A stretch of 37,578 nt of DNA from positions 39,785 through 77,362 of the forward strand of contig MHUS01000010.1 of NCBI GenBank assembly GCA_001823505.1. The letters are read 5' to 3'. Below, piece after piece: positions 34,486-37,578 of this stretch (the first letter of the stretch is position 1; every line of letters begins with the position of its first letter). Origin of the DNA: Candidatus Yonathbacteria bacterium RIFCSPHIGHO2_01_FULL_51_10 (GTDB lineage: Bacteria > Patescibacteriota > Minisyncoccia > Phycocordibacterales > UBA1539_B). Under the pieces are notes generated by a model. The model did no database searches. It saw nothing but the letters and a program-made list of their open reading frames with translations, and was not told where the DNA came from. A program made the position numbers and the translations under genes.

Positions 34486-35826
34486 TTAATTGCTGTCCGG
34501 TTTAGAAAGCAGTGTGTCGATACGGTTGAGGTCGCGGGGAAAGAGCGTTGCTTGCTTCACGTTCTCAATCCCCAAGAGCTTCGCCGTGAGCCGCTCAAGC
34601 CCGATGGCAAGTCCACCTTCGGGGGGCATGCCATACTTGAAGGCCTGCAGATAGTACGAGAATTTTTCCGGCTTGAGTCCCCATGCTTTGATGTTCTCAA
34701 CAAGCTTGTCGTACTCGTGGATACGCTGGCCACCCGTCGTGATCTCCACTCCGCGAAAAAGGAGGTCGAAGCTTTTGGTGAAGCCGGGGTCTGCCTCATC
34801 CTCGTAGGTATAAAATGGACGCTTCTTCACCGGATAGTGCGTAATGAAGGCAAAGTCGGAGCCGAATTCCTTCTTGGCATATTCAGAAAGCCAGCGCTCA
34901 TGCTGCGGCTCAAGGTCGGGCTCCTTGGTGCAATCCTCACCGAATTCTTTTTTGATGATCTCCTGCGCCTCGCGAAGCTTCCAGGTGGGGATCTTCTCCC
35001 CTACTGTAGGGATTTCTGCCTTAAAGAGTTTGAACTCATGCGTGCAGTCCGCCGCAAGCACTTCGGAAAGATACGTCAAAAACCGCTGCTCGAGCGCCAT
35101 GATATCGGTGTGGTCCTTGATGAAGCCCATTTCCAGGTCAAGACTTGTATATTCATTGAGGTGGCGCGTGGTGCTGTGCTTCTCGGCTCGATACATGTTG
35201 CCGGTTGCAAAGACACGCTCAAAAACCCCCACAAGGATCTGTTTGTAGAGTTGTGGACTCGTCGCCAAGTACGCCGTGTGGCCAAAGTACTCCACGGGAA
35301 ATACCGCAGCACCCCCCTCTGCATCACTACCGGTGAGCTTAGGAACCTGTGCCTCGGTAAATCCTTCTCCGATCAAAAATTCTCGGAACGCATTGATGAT
35401 GCGTGCCTGTACGCGGAATACCGCCTGCACCTCTTGACGGCGGAGCGTTAAGGGCAAGTTGTCAAGATACGTGTCAAGGTTGAGCTCTGAGTCCTTGTCG
35501 AAGGGTAGCTCTTCCGCGCGCGCGAGTACTTTGATCTCCAGCACTTCAATTTCAATAGCGCCTGTCGGCAAGTCAGCATTCACCATTTTTTCCGGACGCT
35601 TATTGACTTTGCCGCGGATCTCCACGACCCACTCAGGGCGCACCGTCTGAGCAGCCGCATGCGCTTCTGCGTTGTTGGGCAATGCAACCATCTGTACGAG
35701 CCCGCTCTTGTCGCGCAGGTCAATAAAGATAAGCTTGCCGTGGTCGCGCCGTACGTCGATCCATCCCGCGATGGATACTTCCCCCCCTATCTTCCCCGGC
35801 AGATCGTTAATGTATGTTCGTTCCAT
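34486..35826 (-). CDS. aspS: aspartate--tRNA ligase, archaeal/eukaryal-type class IIb (446 aa, possibly non-discriminating)
   Basis: OB-fold N-terminus, SPQLYKQ, motif 2 YRAEKHSTTRHLNEYTSLDLEM, motif 3 GGLAIGLERL..LFPRD. SPQ rather than SGQ favours Asp over Asn. Confidence 0.8.
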   Translation of the reverse strand: MERTYINDLPGKIGGEVSIAGWIDVRRDHGKLIFIDLRDKSGLVQMVALPNNAEAHAAAQTVRPEWVVEIRGKVNKRPEKMVNADLPTGAIEIEVLEIKVLARAEELPFDKDSELNLDTYLDNLPLTLRRQEVQAVFRVQARIINAFREFLIGEGFTEAQVPKLTGSDAEGGAAVFPVEYFGHTAYLATSPQLYKQILVGVFERVFATGNMYRAEKHSTTRHLNEYTSLDLEMGFIKDHTDIMALEQRFLTYLSEVLAADCTHEFKLFKAEIPTVGEKIPTWKLREAQEIIKKEFGEDCTKEPDLEPQHERWLSEYAKKEFGSDFAFITHYPVKKRPFYTYEDEADPGFTKSFDLLFRGVEITTGGQRIHEYDKLVENIKAWGLKPEKFSYYLQAFKYGMPPEGGLAIGLERLTAKLLGIENVKQATLFPRDLNRIDTLLSKPDSN

Positions 35827-35828
35827 AA

Positions 35829-36917
35829 TTAATGTGATTCGTTTTTGAGAGTTAATCCTATTTTTTCGCGCACATCCTGCATGGTCTTTTGTGCTTCAGC
35901 ACGAGCTACTTCTCCCCCCTCTCGCAAGATCTGCACGACCATGTCAGGGTCACGAGCGAGATCCTCGCGACGGCTGCGCAAAGGCGCTGTGAATGCGCGG
36001 ATGTTATCAATCAAGATCTCTTTGGACTCTTTGTAACCGATGCCACCCTCCGTGTAGCGCTTGCGGAGCTCCGGGAGGTCAGCGCCACTCACGAGTTCAT
36101 GGAGTGCAAACACCTTGCAGGTGGCGGGATCCTTGGGCTCATCCACTCCTTTTGAGTCGGTCGGGATCGACATGACCGCTTTCTTGATCTCCTCGTCTGA
36201 GACGAACAGCCCAATGACATTGCCGTAACTCTTGCTCATCTTGCGTCCGTCGGTGCCGGGGACCGTCTTCACGTCTTCAAGAATGAGCGGCTCGGGAATC
36301 TTGAACGTCTCGCCGAATACGCGATTGAACTTTTGTGCCGTGTCTCGTGCGATCTCGATATGCTGCTTTTGATCAAGACCGACCGGCACCACATCAGCGC
36401 CGTACATGAGAATATCCGCCGCCATGAGAATGGGGTAATCAAAAAGCCCGACGTTGACGCCCCTATACTTTACTTCTTCTAGGTGCTCATACATGTCTTT
36501 GAGTTTTTCCTCGGTCAGTTCTTCTTTCTTTTGATGTTCATCTCCAAGCATACTTAACAGAAGATCCTCGTTTTTGTTCGTAGCATCCTTGAACGCATGT
36601 GCACGCATGAGATACGGCACCGTGGTGATGGTGTTAAAGATCCACGCAAGCTCAGCCACCTCTGACACGTCAGACTGGAGGAACAGGGTTGTTTTCTTTG
36701 GGTCAATGCCGATCGCGAGGTAGTCCAATGCGAGGTCTAAGGTAAGCTTGCGGAGGAGCGCGCCGTCGGAGACGCTGGTGAGGGCGTGGTAGTTGGCGAT
36801 AAAGATGAACTGACGGTATTCATCCTGACGGTCCACAAACTGGCGCATCGCGCCAAAGTAGTTGCCCAAATGCACCTGCCCGGTCGGTTTGACCCCTGAA
36901 AGCAATGTTTTCTTCAT
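35829..36917 (-). CDS. trpS: tryptophan--tRNA ligase
   Basis: LSGVKPTGQVHLGNYFG (HIGH-type), KMSKS. ATG 36917 lies 6 nt after TGgTAGTAT. The ORF-track start 36923 is a GTG inside that spacer. Confidence 0.93.
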   Translation of the reverse strand: MKKTLLSGVKPTGQVHLGNYFGAMRQFVDRQDEYRQFIFIANYHALTSVSDGALLRKLTLDLALDYLAIGIDPKKTTLFLQSDVSEVAELAWIFNTITTVPYLMRAHAFKDATNKNEDLLLSMLGDEHQKKEELTEEKLKDMYEHLEEVKYRGVNVGLFDYPILMAADILMYGADVVPVGLDQKQHIEIARDTAQKFNRVFGETFKIPEPLILEDVKTVPGTDGRKMSKSYGNVIGLFVSDEEIKKAVMSIPTDSKGVDEPKDPATCKVFALHELVSGADLPELRKRYTEGGIGYKESKEILIDNIRAFTAPLRSRREDLARDPDMVVQILREGGEVARAEAQKTMQDVREKIGLTLKNESH

Positions 36918-36923
36918 TTCCAC

Positions 36924-36952
36924 ATACTACCAGAAAATGCCCCTGACACAAA
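36924..36952 (-). promoter_or_regulatory. promoter of the trpS-led operon (leaderless-like geometry)
   Basis: Minus strand: TTTGTG (36952-36947), 17 nt, TAGTAT (36929-36924) with an upstream TG, then 6 nt to the ATG. Confidence 0.45.
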
Positions 36953-36982
36953 AAAACAGCGGGTCCCGAAGGAACCCGCTGT
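36949..36982 (-). terminator. intrinsic terminator of the right-edge gene
   Basis: Minus strand: ACAGCGGGTTCC ttcg GGACCCGCTGT (imperfect) followed by T7. A second small hairpin GTGGAGA/TCTCCAC lies at 36990-37008. Confidence 0.75.
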
Positions 36983-37018
36983 GGTTAGGGTGGAGATAGT
37001 TTCTCCACAAAGGTTTGA

Positions 37019-37578
37019 CTACGAAATAGCGAGGGTTGAGCGTGGACTGCGCCCGACAGCCACGAGACCGAGAATGCCGGAGGCGAAGAGCCAAGCTGCT
37101 GCCGGCACGGGTACCGATGACACGGGCACCTGTGCTATGGCCAGCATCTCCTGCGAGACGTCGAGAGGATTCGGTGTATACACCATCATCCCCGAGAACA
37201 CACTGGCGTCATGTGCCCCACTTGTCGCCTGCGTCAGATAGCTCTGCGCAAGCGAATCAAGGGTAACCGCTCCAGGCGTCATGATGTTCCAGATCGCCAA
37301 ATTGATGGCTCCCTGGTCTGTGGGCGTTGCCGCAGGCAGTATCGCCTGTGAAAAAAGCCACCCGACTTGACTGTACTTCACCGGATCGGGCCCGAACTTG
37401 CCGGCACCTCCGATGAGAGCACTGGCGTCATTGGCATCAGCCGTCCATGTCTGACCAATGTGACTGTGCGTGAAAAAGTCGTCACACATCATCAGCACGG
37501 GCAGCCCATCGATCGTCCCGGTGTAAAACCCGGCATACACACCGTTGGTCACGATGCTATTGCCGACTCCGGTGAGCT
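37019..37578 (-). CDS. secreted protein with PEP-CTERM-class (VPxPA variant) C-terminal sorting tail; 5' end outside window
   Basis: The frame is open to the window edge. The C-terminus is VPVPAAAWLFASGILGLVAVGRSPR..., that is a Pro motif, a hydrophobic helix and basic residues. It is GC-rich relative to its neighbours. Confidence 0.6.
   Translation of the reverse strand, partial: LTGVGNSIVTNGVYAGFYTGTIDGLPVLMMCDDFFTHSHIGQTWTADANDASALIGGAGKFGPDPVKYSQVGWLFSQAILPAATPTDQGAINLAIWNIMTPGAVTLDSLAQSYLTQATSGAHDASVFSGMMVYTPNPLDVSQEMLAIAQVPVSSVPVPAAAWLFASGILGLVAVGRSPRSTLAIS

Noticed and set aside
34483-35451. 322-aa plus-strand ORF opposite aspS. Similar antisense ORFs occur at 17379-18002, 1937-2569, 29552-30034 and 31665-32123.
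   Set aside because: Each is antisense to a confidently identified gene, has no recognisable domains or start signals, and shows the compositional bias of antisense frames.
1-37578. CRISPR arrays, tRNA/rRNA genes, IS elements/integrases, and alternative genetic code (UGA recoding).
   Set aside because: There are no regularly spaced direct repeats and no T-loop (GGTTCGAATCC-like) or rRNA-like segments. There are no transposase or recombinase-like ORFs. TGA terminates well-defined genes (uvrC, recR, scpB) at the expected lengths, so the standard code fits.

Overview
Gene-dense, about 90% coding, 37.6 kb stretch of a small-genome bacterium. It is probably Patescibacteria/CPR (Parcubacteria-like). 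That assignment is inference from gene content only: short UvrC, archaeal-type AspRS, a membrane-anchored Ada/'sunset' Zn-domain protein and compact mixed operons. There is no rRNA here to confirm it. The standard genetic code applies, since TGA, TAA and TAG all close recognisable genes. I found no tRNA, rRNA, CRISPR array, transposase or integrase. Housekeeping content: uvrA (partial), uvrC, yqeY, a P-type Ca/Mg ATPase, rmuC, rplU, recR, dnaB, cysS, corA, an S41 protease, rplI, rpmA, a Nudix hydrolase, a DEDD exonuclease, a Cas4-like PD-(D/E)XK nuclease and two HhH-GPD glycosylases. There is also an 11-gene minus-strand operon: trpS-aspS-histidine phosphatase-scpA-scpB-DD-carboxypeptidase-mraY-ftsW-murG-gltX-M23 peptidase. 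Accessory or unexplained parts are listed below. (1) An AT-rich ~1.55 kb two-gene cassette (92-aa orphan plus C-N hydrolase) is bracketed by a diverged direct repeat of the rplU 5' coding end. It looks like an insertion that replaced the 5' end of a ribosomal protein gene. (2) An SD-led orphan bicistron with a 4-nt overlap sits between uvrA and uvrC. (3) An operon encodes four small membrane peptides of 98, 43, 39 and 35 aa, three of them below the ORF-track cutoff. (4) An insulated divergent pair (86-aa basic protein, 203-aa membrane protein) is present. (5) There is a stand-alone GGDEF cyclase. (6) A GC-rich partial gene at the right edge ends in a PEP-CTERM/VPxPA-type tail. Two patterns recur across the window. 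First genes of housekeeping units start 6-10 nt after a -10 hexamer with no SD (leaderless-like), whereas the orphan genes carry strong SD sites. A 14-nt motif lies exactly 31 nt upstream of both dnaB and corA. I could not assign any of these to a known defence or mobile system, and nothing here has been checked against databases.
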